A DNA stretch of 64,000 bases. It comes from Opitutia bacterium. Its GTDB lineage: Bacteria; Verrucomicrobiota; Verrucomicrobiia; Opitutales; T3Sed10-336. The first letter of the stretch is position 1. Every line of letters starts with the position of its first letter. The notes below the pieces were generated by a model. It worked only from the letters and a program-made list of their open reading frames with translations. It did not search any database and had not been told where the DNA came from. Positions 16,565 to 26,388 of the stretch are shown in pieces. The translations under genes were made by a program, and so were the position numbers. The stretch spans positions 1 through 64,000 of the forward strand of contig JBJHCF010000003.1 of the NCBI GenBank assembly GCA_050506795.1, in the 5' to 3' direction.

Positions 16565-19372
16565 TCATGGTTCGGAATTAAGATTGTCCAGAGATTGGAA
16601 ATACCGGCGGGCGGCATCCCGGTAACGTTCGGGCATGGGTTGCAGAAGAAGCGAGTCCCTGGGATCGGATACGGCAGCTTCGGCTTCGATCGCGGAACCC
16701 GTTTCGACGCGGGTGGCGCCCGTGCCGGACCCCGGACCTCCCGCGCCGTCCCTCCCGGTGGCGCCGGCGCCCTGATAGGCCAGCCCTTCGCGGGCGGGCG
16801 AGAATCCGCTGCGTTGCGGGCCGTAAACCGGCACGCCGAGAGGCGATCCCGGACCGCTCATCCAGGCGCCTTCGCCGCCCATCCCGGCGCCTCTGCCTCC
16901 GCCGATGCCGAAGCCGCGTCCCTGGCCCGGGGAGCCGGGCATCCCGCCGGAGCCGAGGAGCGAACTCAGCATTTGGGCGAGAGTCTGGTTGAGGTCGGGC
17001 AGGGTGAAATTCAGATTGCCTTCGCACATCCCGCCGAAGGCGCCGTCGGAGCATTGTTCGAGCAGGGATTCCAGACTCTCCAGCGCGCGGTTGGCATGGG
17101 TGAGCATGGCGCCGGGGCGGACCTCGCGTCCGGCTTCGGAGGCGTCCTCCATATCGACTGGAATTTGCAGGAGGTAGATCAAGGTGGTCACCTCCATGGC
17201 GCTTTCCCGGAGAGAGTAGTAACGCGGCTCATTGGGCAGGGCGTCCACGGCGTCTTTGATGGCATGGGCCACGGATTCCAGTTCCTCGCGGAGGTCGTCC
17301 TGTGCCTCACCCAGGTCGCGGATGGTTTCCGTATCGACGCCGCCGGCGCGGTTGACCTCACGATCCATGTGACGCGTCAGGTCGCGCTGATTTTCCACCA
17401 CGGCGGAAAGGCGGGCGGCGAGTTCCATCAACTCGTGAATCCGGTCCAGCGTTTCCGCGTCCTCCCGGAGGTTGTCCCACTCCTCGTTCTCGGGCCCGTT
17501 CCAGCGCTCGCGCATGGCGGCCAGGGTTTCATCGGCTTGCGGGTCTCCGAGGTTCATCCGTCCCAGTTGTTCCTGCTGGGCGGCCAGGGCGTCGGCCGAC
17601 TCCCGCCAGAGGGCGGCGGCGGTGCTCTCGATGTCGTAGGCGGGGAAATCGTCGGCCAGGGCATCCATGACGCCGCGCGCGTTCTCCATCGCCTCGGCAA
17701 GAGCGTCTTTCAGGGCTTGCAGTTCGGACTCGTCCGCGCCGTCCCGCATCGCTTCGCGCAGGGCGTCGATCGCTTCGGTGACGACTTCCAGGGCCAGGTG
17801 CGTCTCTTCCATCTTACGGACGAAGTCACGAATGGTCAGCTCGCTGCGGAGAAATTCGGCGTAGGTTTCCTCGTCGATGATCTCCACGCGGACCAGGTTG
17901 GAGGTGACGGCGCCACTATCGGGATTGGTGTCGCGGGCCTGGGCGTAAAACTCGAGCACGTTGCCCGGTTCGGCTCCGAGACGGGCCAGGTCGATGCGTT
18001 CGTGGATAGGCAGTGCGGTTTCGGGCGCTGCCGGACCGAGGTGATGCGAACGGTCGCGAAAACGCCCCAGGCCCCGCCAGAGATCCACCCGGCGGATTCC
18101 GAGGTCGTCGCGGGCGTACCCTTCCAGATTGAGGACCGTCGACGGCGTGGCCAGGGAGTAGGCAGGCGGCTCGGTCAGGGCGATCTCCGGTGGATTGTCG
18201 GTCTGGGCCTTCTGGGTGAGTTGGAAAGGCTCGCGACTGCGGGTGCCGCGCAGGTCTTCCAGGATCACTTCGAGTTCGGCGTCGCTTTCCAGGAACCAAC
18301 GAAAGCGCGCCGTGCTGCCTTCCAGAATCTCCGCCTGCACCGCACGGGTACCGTCCTCGTTGTGCAGGGTGAGGCGTCCGGTGGCGAGGGGACGATTACT
18401 GGCGACCGAGAGCGTGAACTCGGCGCCGGCGTGGCCCTCGATGACCTCTTCGCGCAGCAGGCGATCCGTGACCGGCAGGCGGGTGTAGGCGGGCGGTTCG
18501 GTGCGGAGGCGGGCCGCCAGGATGCGCGGTTCGTACTGCACCGGCAGTGTCATCCAGCGGGTACGGGCGCGACCGGTGGCGAAGGCGATCCGCATTTCTC
18601 CGGTGAGATTTTCCACTTCCTGTACAAACCGGCGTTCCGATTCCTGGAAACAGATCCGTTCGCTTTCTCCGCCAGGGCCGCGCAGGAGGAGCACCACCTG
18701 CTCGCGCAGTGGCGGACCGTGCACCTCCACTGCCAGTTCGGCGGTGTCGCCGTAATACACGGGCTCCTCCGGCAGGTGGAGGGTGAAATGGTATCGCGAA
18801 TACGGAGGGTGGTCCTGCCACGGAAAGAGCACTCTCGGGTAGGTAGTGGAAAAAACCGGGAAGAGCAGCAAGCTGACCAAGGCCACACCGCAGGTACAGC
18901 AGAGTGCAAAGCGCATGCCCGATCGGGCGGACGGGTTGTACTGGATCCGCTTTTCCGGGTGGGCGTCCAGGATGCCGGCGCCTTCGTCCAGCAGGTGTTC
19001 GGACAGGTACCGTTTGAAAGGTGAGACCGAATCCCGGGCGAGTTCCTCTCGGGCCTGGAGGGAGGAAAGCACAGGATGCCGTCCGTCCGCCGTGCGGTCG
19101 GCGTAACGGGCGAAATCGGAAAGCGTGCGCGCGCGGTGGCGGGCGGTGAACCAGAGGATCGCCCCCAGGCAGAGCCCGGTCCAGACCAGGGCCAAGGTGC
19201 CGCGCGCGGCGGCCGGAAGGGCCAGCAGGGCGTCGATTGCGGCCAGCCCCAACCATCCGGCGAGAAACACACCGCCCAGCCGGAGGAGTGAACCGGCCAA
19301 CAGACCGTTCACCCAGACTCGATGGAGGCGGGAGAGGAGGTCGGAAAACCGGTGGTGTGAGGTGTCGTTCAT
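16565..19372 (-). CDS. Membrane-anchored protein with Ig-like and long coiled-coil regions (DUF4175-like)
   Basis: Three N-terminal TM segments; DNPPEI...ARDDLGI motif; acidic helical C-terminus; Gly-rich linker; PERYRDAARRYFQSL end. ATGA overlap with upstream gene. Confidence 0.75.
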   Translation of the reverse strand: MNDTSHHRFSDLLSRLHRVWVNGLLAGSLLRLGGVFLAGWLGLAAIDALLALPAAARGTLALVWTGLCLGAILWFTARHRARTLSDFARYADRTADGRHPVLSSLQAREELARDSVSPFKRYLSEHLLDEGAGILDAHPEKRIQYNPSARSGMRFALCCTCGVALVSLLLFPVFSTTYPRVLFPWQDHPPYSRYHFTLHLPEEPVYYGDTAELAVEVHGPPLREQVVLLLRGPGGESERICFQESERRFVQEVENLTGEMRIAFATGRARTRWMTLPVQYEPRILAARLRTEPPAYTRLPVTDRLLREEVIEGHAGAEFTLSVASNRPLATGRLTLHNEDGTRAVQAEILEGSTARFRWFLESDAELEVILEDLRGTRSREPFQLTQKAQTDNPPEIALTEPPAYSLATPSTVLNLEGYARDDLGIRRVDLWRGLGRFRDRSHHLGPAAPETALPIHERIDLARLGAEPGNVLEFYAQARDTNPDSGAVTSNLVRVEIIDEETYAEFLRSELTIRDFVRKMEETHLALEVVTEAIDALREAMRDGADESELQALKDALAEAMENARGVMDALADDFPAYDIESTAAALWRESADALAAQQEQLGRMNLGDPQADETLAAMRERWNGPENEEWDNLREDAETLDRIHELMELAARLSAVVENQRDLTRHMDREVNRAGGVDTETIRDLGEAQDDLREELESVAHAIKDAVDALPNEPRYYSLRESAMEVTTLIYLLQIPVDMEDASEAGREVRPGAMLTHANRALESLESLLEQCSDGAFGGMCEGNLNFTLPDLNQTLAQMLSSLLGSGGMPGSPGQGRGFGIGGGRGAGMGGEGAWMSGPGSPLGVPVYGPQRSGFSPAREGLAYQGAGATGRDGAGGPGSGTGATRVETGSAIEAEAAVSDPRDSLLLQPMPERYRDAARRYFQSLDNLNSEP

Positions 19373-21576
19373 AACAGTCCGAGCCGGCGGCGGATGGCCC
19401 ATTCGGTTCCGGCCAGGCCGACCAGCATAAGGAGGAGCCAGGAGGTGTCCCATCGCGTTTGCCAGGTGGCCTCGCCGCTGTCGGCGAGGGTCCCGGCGGG
19501 ATCGCGCGCATCGGCATCCTGGATACGGAAGGTTTCATCGGCGGAGTAGGATGTTCCTCCGGTGGCCCGGGCCAGGCGGCGCAGGAATTCGTGATCGGCG
19601 CTCAGGTTGTCGCTTTCGGCCGCGGGCGGAACGACTTCCAGGTGGGCCGAGGCGGACGGGCCTTCGGCGCCCGGGGTGTGGACTTCGATCCGGTACAACC
19701 CGGGTTGGTCCAGTTCGAGGAAGGCCTGCCAGCGGTAATTTCCGCGGGTGACCGGCGACGCCCGGAAACGCCGAACCTCCTCGCTGCCGCGAATCACCGC
19801 GATGTTCGGTTCGGCGGCGGGCCCCGTGTCGTCTTCCCTTTCGGCCACAAAGAGACGGACCGATTCGCCCGCGCGGATTGTTGTTTGTCCGAGCCGAACG
19901 GCGTAATCCTGGCCGGGCAGGAATTCGTTGTAGGTGCTCGTCCACTGGATGAGCTGCGCCCAGAAATCCCGGTAGAATTCGCCCGCTTCCTCAAGTTGGG
20001 GAAAGAAATCCCATTCCCACAGCCCTTCCGCGTTTAGGGCCACGACCATGCCCTGGCCGAGCCGCCGCACCGCGAGCAAGGGGATGGGGGACCGACCGTT
20101 TCCTCCGTCTCCTTCCACCAGAACCTGGGCGAAGGAAGCCAGCCCTCCCACCCGGCGGACGCCGCCCAGTGAAGGAGTCTTATCCCAGAGCGGGTCGAGG
20201 TGTCCGGGCAGGCCATGACCGAACAAGCCCGCGCTTTCGCCGTGCAGCGTCGGCTGCCAACGGACGGCCGCGGTATGGAATTCCCCCCAGGCGAAGGGTT
20301 GCAGACGCTCCAGGGACTCGTTTTCGCCCTGCCACGGTTTGCCCCGGGTGAAGAGCAGGGCGCCGCCGTGGTCGGCGACGAAGCGGTGCAGGAGATCGGC
20401 GCGGGTTTCGTCGACGAAATACTCCACGCCTTTGCCGAAAAGCACGAGATCGTATCGGTTCAGTTCCTCCAGACTGGCGGGAAAGACCGCGGCCGATTCT
20501 TCGGTCAGTCCGGCCTCTTCCGCCCCGACGTGAAAGAACCGGTCGGCGGTCACGCGGTGCACGGTGGACAGCCGCACGTGGGCGGACTCGCGCAGGAGTT
20601 GCACGATGAATTTGGTGTCCCAGTGGGGCGAACCTTCCACCAACAGGACGTGCAAATCGCCCTCCAGCACCACCAGGCCGAGCGGGGCCTCGTTGTTGCT
20701 CAAACGGACCTCACCGGGCTGAGCCGGGCTGCGCAGACGGTACTCGTAGAAGCCCGGGTCGAATGGAGGGAGTTCGAAGGAAAAACCCGCTTCGCCTCCG
20801 TCGTCGAGCGTCACCCGTTGGCGGTCGACCACCTCCCCGGCGCCGTTCAGCAGTTCGATCTCGGGACGAAGAGGGCCGAGGCCGACGGCGCGGATGTGTC
20901 CCCGCACCACCGGACGCTGATCGTTAAAAACGGTGATGCGCCTGGGACGGGCGCGGATCTCCAGGTCGGGAACCTCCACCTCCCCGCCGACGCCGTAGGT
21001 GTGAATCGGCGCGCCGGCTTCGCGGGCGCGCCGGATGGCCTCCGCCGGATCGGAGTCCGGGACTTCCCGGCCGTCGCCGGCCACCAGCACACCAAGCGGA
21101 TCCACCGCTCCGGGAACGCGCGACCAGACCCGTTCCAGGGCGGCGGCGAGTCCGGTGCCGCCGGATTCCGCCAGCGGCGCTTCCGGCCAGGCGCCGTCGA
21201 TGGGTTCCAGGTCCGAGGCATAGGTAAAACGGTAGACCGGGACGCCGTCGCTTTCGATCCGGCGCTCGGCGGCGGCCAGCCATTCTCGAGCCCGTTGGTA
21301 GCGTGTTTGGCCGTCCGCGTCGGGCACCGCCATGCTGGGGCTGCGATCGAGCAACAGGACCCAGGCGCCGGTCTGTTCGCTGGGACGCTCTTTCCACTGG
21401 CCCGGGTTCAGGGCGAGGACCAGAAGGAGAACGGCCACGGCGGCGCGCAGGGAAAACAGTCCGGCGCGGGCGAGCGGTTCCCGGCCGCGGGTGCTTCGCC
21501 AATTCAGGTAAAGCAGGACCGCGCCGCCGGCGATGGCCAGCGGGATGAGGTATTCCATGGGTATCAGAGGATTCAT
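19369..21576 (-). CDS. vWA domain plus glutamine-amidotransferase-like membrane protein
   Basis: Two N-terminal TMs; MIDAS LLLDRSPSM...T...GDG; VLLVEGSPHWD; FVADHGGALL; C-terminal TM ending EWAIRRRLGLL. ATGA overlap. Confidence 0.85.
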   Translation of the reverse strand: MNPLIPMEYLIPLAIAGGAVLLYLNWRSTRGREPLARAGLFSLRAAVAVLLLVLALNPGQWKERPSEQTGAWVLLLDRSPSMAVPDADGQTRYQRAREWLAAAERRIESDGVPVYRFTYASDLEPIDGAWPEAPLAESGGTGLAAALERVWSRVPGAVDPLGVLVAGDGREVPDSDPAEAIRRAREAGAPIHTYGVGGEVEVPDLEIRARPRRITVFNDQRPVVRGHIRAVGLGPLRPEIELLNGAGEVVDRQRVTLDDGGEAGFSFELPPFDPGFYEYRLRSPAQPGEVRLSNNEAPLGLVVLEGDLHVLLVEGSPHWDTKFIVQLLRESAHVRLSTVHRVTADRFFHVGAEEAGLTEESAAVFPASLEELNRYDLVLFGKGVEYFVDETRADLLHRFVADHGGALLFTRGKPWQGENESLERLQPFAWGEFHTAAVRWQPTLHGESAGLFGHGLPGHLDPLWDKTPSLGGVRRVGGLASFAQVLVEGDGGNGRSPIPLLAVRRLGQGMVVALNAEGLWEWDFFPQLEEAGEFYRDFWAQLIQWTSTYNEFLPGQDYAVRLGQTTIRAGESVRLFVAEREDDTGPAAEPNIAVIRGSEEVRRFRASPVTRGNYRWQAFLELDQPGLYRIEVHTPGAEGPSASAHLEVVPPAAESDNLSADHEFLRRLARATGGTSYSADETFRIQDADARDPAGTLADSGEATWQTRWDTSWLLLMLVGLAGTEWAIRRRLGLL

Positions 21577-23579
21577 GACGCTGTTCCCTCCTTGTCCGGG
21601 CGGGCCAGACGACAGAAAAGCGCCTCGGCCAGCAACAATCCGGCGGCCAGCGCCAGGAACCAAGGCCACCAGTCCACCCCTTCGCGCAGACGCCGGACCT
21701 GGTTGGCGTGGTTCAGGGTGATGGCGGTTTCGCTGGTGAACGTATCCGGGTTACGGGTACGGAGATCCGACTGGTCGGCGGGAAACCGCACGGCGGTGAG
21801 CCCGACCGTGCGACCATCGCTGCGCCAGGAGTAAACGCCGGGTTCAGGCAGAGGGGCGGTCAGAAACCGGTCGAAGCGGGCGTCGCCCTCCCAGGCCGGC
21901 CTCTGATTGTGGTCGCGGGGCCCCTCCAGCACCGGCTCGCGGACCCCCCAGTCCGCCGGAAAGGCACGGCTGACGCTTCGTCCGGCGAGCGTTTCGCGGC
22001 CGGGGACACTGATACCGTCGCGCGCGGTGCGGGCGATTTCGCCGGCCAGGGCGAGGAACTCCGGAAGCAGGGCGTAGGCGGCGCGACCGTTTTCCTCCAG
22101 GGGAATATTCCATCCGTAAATCCGGCCCGCCCCCGCGGATTCGCGCACCAGCGCCGGGGTGTCGTCCTGCCAGGCCAACAGCACGGCGACGGGATCGCCG
22201 CCGTTGCGAGAGGGCCAGACAACACGCTCTTGGTAGGTCCCGCGCGCGGGATCGCCAAAATCGCCCCCGGAAAACACCTCGAACAGCGGGTCGTCCGGGA
22301 GCAGGAGGCGCAGGGACTGGGGTTCCCGCAGGTTTTGCCGGGTGAGGGGGGCGCCGTTTTGAGCGCTGCCCGGGGTCGGGTGCCAGATCACGGTGCCGCC
22401 GCGTTCGAAGACGGGTTCGAAGGCGGGGAGGGCGCGGGGGTCGTCGCCCGCCCAGATCACCACTTCGGCCTCGTTAAGACCGGGTTGTCCCGGTTCAAAT
22501 ACGTTAACGCGGGTCCCGTCGAGGGAGCGAAAGGCGCGTTCCCAGAACGGATTGGGCCGGACGGAATCGCCGGCCAGGGCGACGGTGGTTCCGGCGGTGA
22601 CTTCGACGACGACGTCGCGGAAGTTGTCGAGGGGGAAAGCGTCTTCGGGCAGCGCCGCCCGCACGGCGTATTCGCCCGGTTCCTCCCAGTGCAGGATCGT
22701 GGTGACGAGGCGGCTTTCCCAGGCTTCCAGGAAGACATCTTCGCTTTGCCGGAAATTGCCGCTGGAAAACAGGACTTCGAGGCGGCGGGGTTGATCGGAG
22801 TAGTTGATGACCTCGCCGGTGGCCGCTACGGTTTCCCCCGCACGCGGGCGTTCGGGTTCCAGGAAGAGGCGGCGGAGGGCGGTGTTGGCGGGCGAGGTGT
22901 CGGTCGCCACCGGCAGGACGGCCATCCGAATCGAATCGGGGATCGGGGGAAGCGGGGACTCCCAGGTGCCGCGCTGGAAATCGGAAATCAGGATCAGTTC
23001 CCGCGGACCTTCGGTTTGGCCGAGGTGGTCGAGCGCGGTTGCCACCGCAGCGGCCCCGGATCCGGATTCGTGGGTGACGCGGGCCCGTTGCAGGGATTCG
23101 CGGAGGAAGTCGGTGTTGCGGGAGGGTTGGGCGGCGACGGCCACGGGCCGTTCGCGCACCCAGATGACATTGGCGCGATCGCCGGTACGCAGGCTGCCCA
23201 GCACGGCGCTGGCTTCGGCCAATGCGCGATTAAAACGGCTGCCGCCTCCCGCGTCGTAGGCCATGGAGGCGGTGGCATCAACCACCAGGACGACGGTTCT
23301 GCCGGCGTCCTCCTCTTCGGACCAGGCCTGGGCTTCGTAGGTGCGCGGTTGCAGGAACGCCAGCAGCAGAGCGATCACGGCGGCGGTGCGCAGCAGGAGG
23401 AGCAGCCAGTCTTTGGGACGCTGCCATTTGCGGGTTTTGCGAACGCCGCGCAGGATGAATTCGATGGAGCTGAACTCGTAGCGGCGCGGCCGGAGACGGG
23501 CGATGAGGTGCACGAGGAAGGGCAACCCGGCCAGCACGGCGAGGGGAAGAAGGTGAGGGTTGCCGAAACTCCAGTTCAT
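21573..23579 (-). CDS. BatA N-terminal domain plus vWA domain membrane protein
   Basis: FGNPHLL....LAGLPFLVHL (BatA); VVDATASM and LISDFQ (MIDAS); DAFPLDN; C-terminal TM WPWFLALAAGLLLAE. Confidence 0.88.
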   Translation of the reverse strand: MNWSFGNPHLLPLAVLAGLPFLVHLIARLRPRRYEFSSIEFILRGVRKTRKWQRPKDWLLLLLRTAAVIALLLAFLQPRTYEAQAWSEEEDAGRTVVLVVDATASMAYDAGGGSRFNRALAEASAVLGSLRTGDRANVIWVRERPVAVAAQPSRNTDFLRESLQRARVTHESGSGAAAVATALDHLGQTEGPRELILISDFQRGTWESPLPPIPDSIRMAVLPVATDTSPANTALRRLFLEPERPRAGETVAATGEVINYSDQPRRLEVLFSSGNFRQSEDVFLEAWESRLVTTILHWEEPGEYAVRAALPEDAFPLDNFRDVVVEVTAGTTVALAGDSVRPNPFWERAFRSLDGTRVNVFEPGQPGLNEAEVVIWAGDDPRALPAFEPVFERGGTVIWHPTPGSAQNGAPLTRQNLREPQSLRLLLPDDPLFEVFSGGDFGDPARGTYQERVVWPSRNGGDPVAVLLAWQDDTPALVRESAGAGRIYGWNIPLEENGRAAYALLPEFLALAGEIARTARDGISVPGRETLAGRSVSRAFPADWGVREPVLEGPRDHNQRPAWEGDARFDRFLTAPLPEPGVYSWRSDGRTVGLTAVRFPADQSDLRTRNPDTFTSETAITLNHANQVRRLREGVDWWPWFLALAAGLLLAEALFCRLARPDKEGTAS

Positions 23580-24442
23580 CGGATCAATCCGTCGAAAAGG
23601 TGGTGAATGGGTTTGTCGGTACGGGCCAGCACGTGACGAATCTGTCGCCGGGTCGCCAATTCGCGCAGGCTGCGCAGGTGGGCGGCGAAAGCGTCCTCGT
23701 AGGCGGCACGCAGGTGTTCGATATGGGCGATTTCCCGGCGGCCGGTCTCCATGTCGACGAAGGCGGTCAGGCCGCGACCCCGCAGCTCCATTTCGTCCGG
23801 GTGCACCAGGTGGTAGAGGTGAATCTTGAAACCGCGGTGAATCCAGGGGGAGAGGGCTTCAAAGATTTCGGCCGGATTGTCCAGGAAATCGGATACGATC
23901 ACCAGGGTGCCGCGTCGCCGCACCAGGGGAAGCGCGCGGCTCAGGGATTCGGCCAGACGGGTTTGGCCAGCGGGGCGGTTGGATTCAAGGGCCTGGAGTA
24001 TGCGGTGCAGGTGCCGGTTGGTGCTGCCGGAGGGGAAGAACTCGCGGGGAGCGGTGTCGAAGATTTGCAGAGAGACCTGATCGCGGTTCTTGACGACCAG
24101 GTAGCACAGGGCGGCGGCGAAAAAGGAGGCGTGGTCGAGTTTGGATGCCGGTTGCCCGAAGCCCATGGAGGCGCTGCTGTCGAGGAGAATGTGACAGTCG
24201 GTGCTGGTTTCGATTTCGAAAGTGCGCAGGTACGGGCGTTCGGTGCGGGCGTAAACGCGCCAGTCGAGACTCTTGATGTCATCGCCGGGTGAATACGGAC
24301 GATGATCGCGAAACTCGGTGGACAAACCGGTGCGGTGTGACTGGTGGCGGCCCGCCAGGTAACCCTCCGCCAGGGCTTTGGGGGCGAACTCAAAGCTGTT
24401 GAGGCGGGCGAGATCTTCGGCCCTGAGGTATTTCCAGGCCAT
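23576..24442 (-). CDS. DUF58 domain protein (vWA-like)
   Basis: GRHQSHRTGLSTEFRDHRPYSPGDDIKSLDWRVYART; LLDSSASM; IVSDF. Confidence 0.93.
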   Translation of the reverse strand: MAWKYLRAEDLARLNSFEFAPKALAEGYLAGRHQSHRTGLSTEFRDHRPYSPGDDIKSLDWRVYARTERPYLRTFEIETSTDCHILLDSSASMGFGQPASKLDHASFFAAALCYLVVKNRDQVSLQIFDTAPREFFPSGSTNRHLHRILQALESNRPAGQTRLAESLSRALPLVRRRGTLVIVSDFLDNPAEIFEALSPWIHRGFKIHLYHLVHPDEMELRGRGLTAFVDMETGRREIAHIEHLRAAYEDAFAAHLRSLRELATRRQIRHVLARTDKPIHHLFDGLIR

Positions 24443-24446
24443 GACG

Positions 24447-25442
24447 TCAATCCAGGTTTTGCAGCAGGTGATCGATGATCTGATCCGCGCCGATCCCTTC
24501 CCCCGTGGCGTGGTAGCTGGGGATTACCCGGTGGCGGAGAACCGGGCGGGCGAGGTCGCGCACTTCCTCGATCGAAGCCCCGTGCCGTCCGCGGGCCAGG
24601 GCGAGGGCGCGCGCGGCCAGGGTGAGACATTGGGAGGCGCGCGGGCCGGCGCCCCAGGCCACGTACTTGCGCACGAAGTCGTCCGCGCGATCGCCCTTGG
24701 GACGGGTGGCGTTGACCAGTCCCAGGATGGCGTCGAGGACGTGTTCCGGAAGAGGGACATCGTAAACCAGGTTCTGGAGTTCGAGCAACTCGGCGCCGGT
24801 CAGCACCGTCTCCGGGGTGATCTTCTCGCGCTTCACCGTGCGGTGAATGACCTCCTTTTCCTGGTCGATGTCCGGATAATCCACGGTGAGATTAAAAAAG
24901 AAACGGTCGAGTTGGGCTTCCGGCAGCGGGTAGGTACCTTCGTGTTCGATCGGATTTTGTGTGGCGAACACCACGAACGGTTCCTCCAGCACCAGGCTTT
25001 TGCCCGCCACCGTCACCTGTTTTTCCTGCATGGCCTCGAGCAGGGCCGACTGCGTCTTGGGAGGGGTGCGGTTGATCTCGTCGGCCAGAATGAGGTTGGC
25101 GAAGAGGGGACCCTGCAGGAACACGAACCGCCTCCCTTCGGGAGTGTCCTGCAGGATCTCGCTGCCGAGGATGTCGCTCGGCATCAGATCGGGCGTGAAC
25201 TGAATGCGCCGGAAACTGAGCCCGAGGACCTGGCCGAGCGTGCTCACCAGGAGCGTCTTGGCCAGGCCCGGCACCCCCTCGATCAGGCAGTGGCCCTTGC
25301 AGAGCAGGGCGACCAGCATCCTCTCCACCACCTGGTCCTGGCCGACGATTACCTGGCCGAGGTTTTCCTTGATGCGTTTGATTTCGGTTTGCACGGTCTC
25401 CCACTGCTGGGAGGGAGGGGATTCGGGTGTGCGTGTATTCAT
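24447..25442 (-). CDS. moxR: MoxR family AAA+ ATPase
   Basis: EGVPGLAKT, RIQFTPDLMPSDI, LADEINRTPPKTQSALLEAMQE, ATQNPIE.EGTYPLPEAQLDRF. Confidence 0.96.
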   Translation of the reverse strand: MNTRTPESPPSQQWETVQTEIKRIKENLGQVIVGQDQVVERMLVALLCKGHCLIEGVPGLAKTLLVSTLGQVLGLSFRRIQFTPDLMPSDILGSEILQDTPEGRRFVFLQGPLFANLILADEINRTPPKTQSALLEAMQEKQVTVAGKSLVLEEPFVVFATQNPIEHEGTYPLPEAQLDRFFFNLTVDYPDIDQEKEVIHRTVKREKITPETVLTGAELLELQNLVYDVPLPEHVLDAILGLVNATRPKGDRADDFVRKYVAWGAGPRASQCLTLAARALALARGRHGASIEEVRDLARPVLRHRVIPSYHATGEGIGADQIIDHLLQNLD

Positions 25443-25467
25443 GGATCGGTAATGGCAGGATTGACGG

Positions 25468-26019
25468 TCAGGAGCCTCCGAGAAGTTTCTCCAGTTCTGC
25501 AAGGATGCCGCGCGCCCCGACGCGGTCACCGTCGGGCGGGTGACTGTGCGCCACCACTTCGCCGTCGCGATCGAGGATCACCAGGCCGGGGATCGCGCGG
25601 GTGCGGTTGCCGGCGGCCGGGACCACATCGTCGAGTCGATCATAGGCCACCGCCGGCCAGGGCATGGGGTAGTCGTTCATATACCCGGCCATTTCTTCGA
25701 CGCTGCGGTCGCGGCTGTAGAAGATCAATTCGAAGTTGCCGTGTTCCTCCTTCAATTCGTTGTACTTCTCGATCAGGTCGGGCGTGAACTGACGGCAGGG
25801 GCCGCACCAGGCGGCGGAGTAATAGAAGACGTAATAATCGGCGTCGTTCAGTGCGCCGTAGTCTTCGACAGGCGCGGTGCTTTGATTGGTCCCCGAATTG
25901 ACCAGTGCCCCGTCAAGGGCCAGGGCAACAGGGGAAGCGGGCCGCTCTTCGGCGGTCGCGAAGGGCGCCGCAAGCAAGGCGAGCGACGCGAACAGGGGAA
26001 GCAGTTGCTGTTTCATCAT
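25468..26019 (-). CDS. Exported thioredoxin-like protein (nucleoredoxin/tryparedoxin type)
   Basis: Signal peptide (…FATA); FYYSAAWCGPCRQFTPDL; FELIFYSRDRS; MPWPAV; AIPGLVILD. Confidence 0.9.
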   Translation of the reverse strand: MMKQQLLPLFASLALLAAPFATAEERPASPVALALDGALVNSGTNQSTAPVEDYGALNDADYYVFYYSAAWCGPCRQFTPDLIEKYNELKEEHGNFELIFYSRDRSVEEMAGYMNDYPMPWPAVAYDRLDDVVPAAGNRTRAIPGLVILDRDGEVVAHSHPPDGDRVGARGILAELEKLLGGS

Positions 26020-26139
26020 GTACCTGGGTTGGGATTTAGGGATTCGAGGTTGTTTATGAACTCCTCGAGGGATGATGGCAAGCCGAATTGGCCGACGCCC
26101 GGCACGGTGGTTTTTTGCGAGTTTTGATACGCATTTCTT

Positions 26140-26218
26140 AGCGAGAAATCTCAAATTTTAAAATTTTCGATCTGAAATGCTTTTTTCATGCGGCCTTCCG
26201 AGGCCAAATGAAAAAGCC
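26140..26218 (+). repeat. AT-rich ~80-bp dispersed repeat: heptamer tract plus hairpin (copy 1)
   Basis: AATCTCAAATTTTAAAATTTTCGATCTGAAATGCTTTTTT...GGCCT-TCCG-AGGCC...AAAAAGCC; near-identical inverted copy at 35975-36050. Confidence 0.85.
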
Positions 26219-26388
26219 GCGGGCCGTCAGTTTTCGCACCTCGGCCACCTTTGATTTGCCGTATTGGACGAACTCATGTGCTCTAATCCTGACCCCTGAT
26301 ACCGGTTTGTGAGCCTTGACAAAGGCATTCCGGTCTGATTTGCTGTTCTGACAGCTTGCCGCAACCTCCATTTGAACCGGAACAAAAG

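Noticed and set aside
16424..19024. 866-aa plus-strand ORF and other long antisense ORFs (13802-16021, 20200-21834, 21708-23606, 33973-35709, 40072-41646, 59135-61171)
   Set aside because: They are shadows of well-supported genes on the opposite strand, expected in high-GC DNA, and carry no recognisable motifs.
26280..26360. Possible riboswitch upstream of the repeat surface protein
   Set aside because: Only a modest hairpin (ACCGG...GCCTT/AAGGC...CCGGT); no known aptamer consensus.
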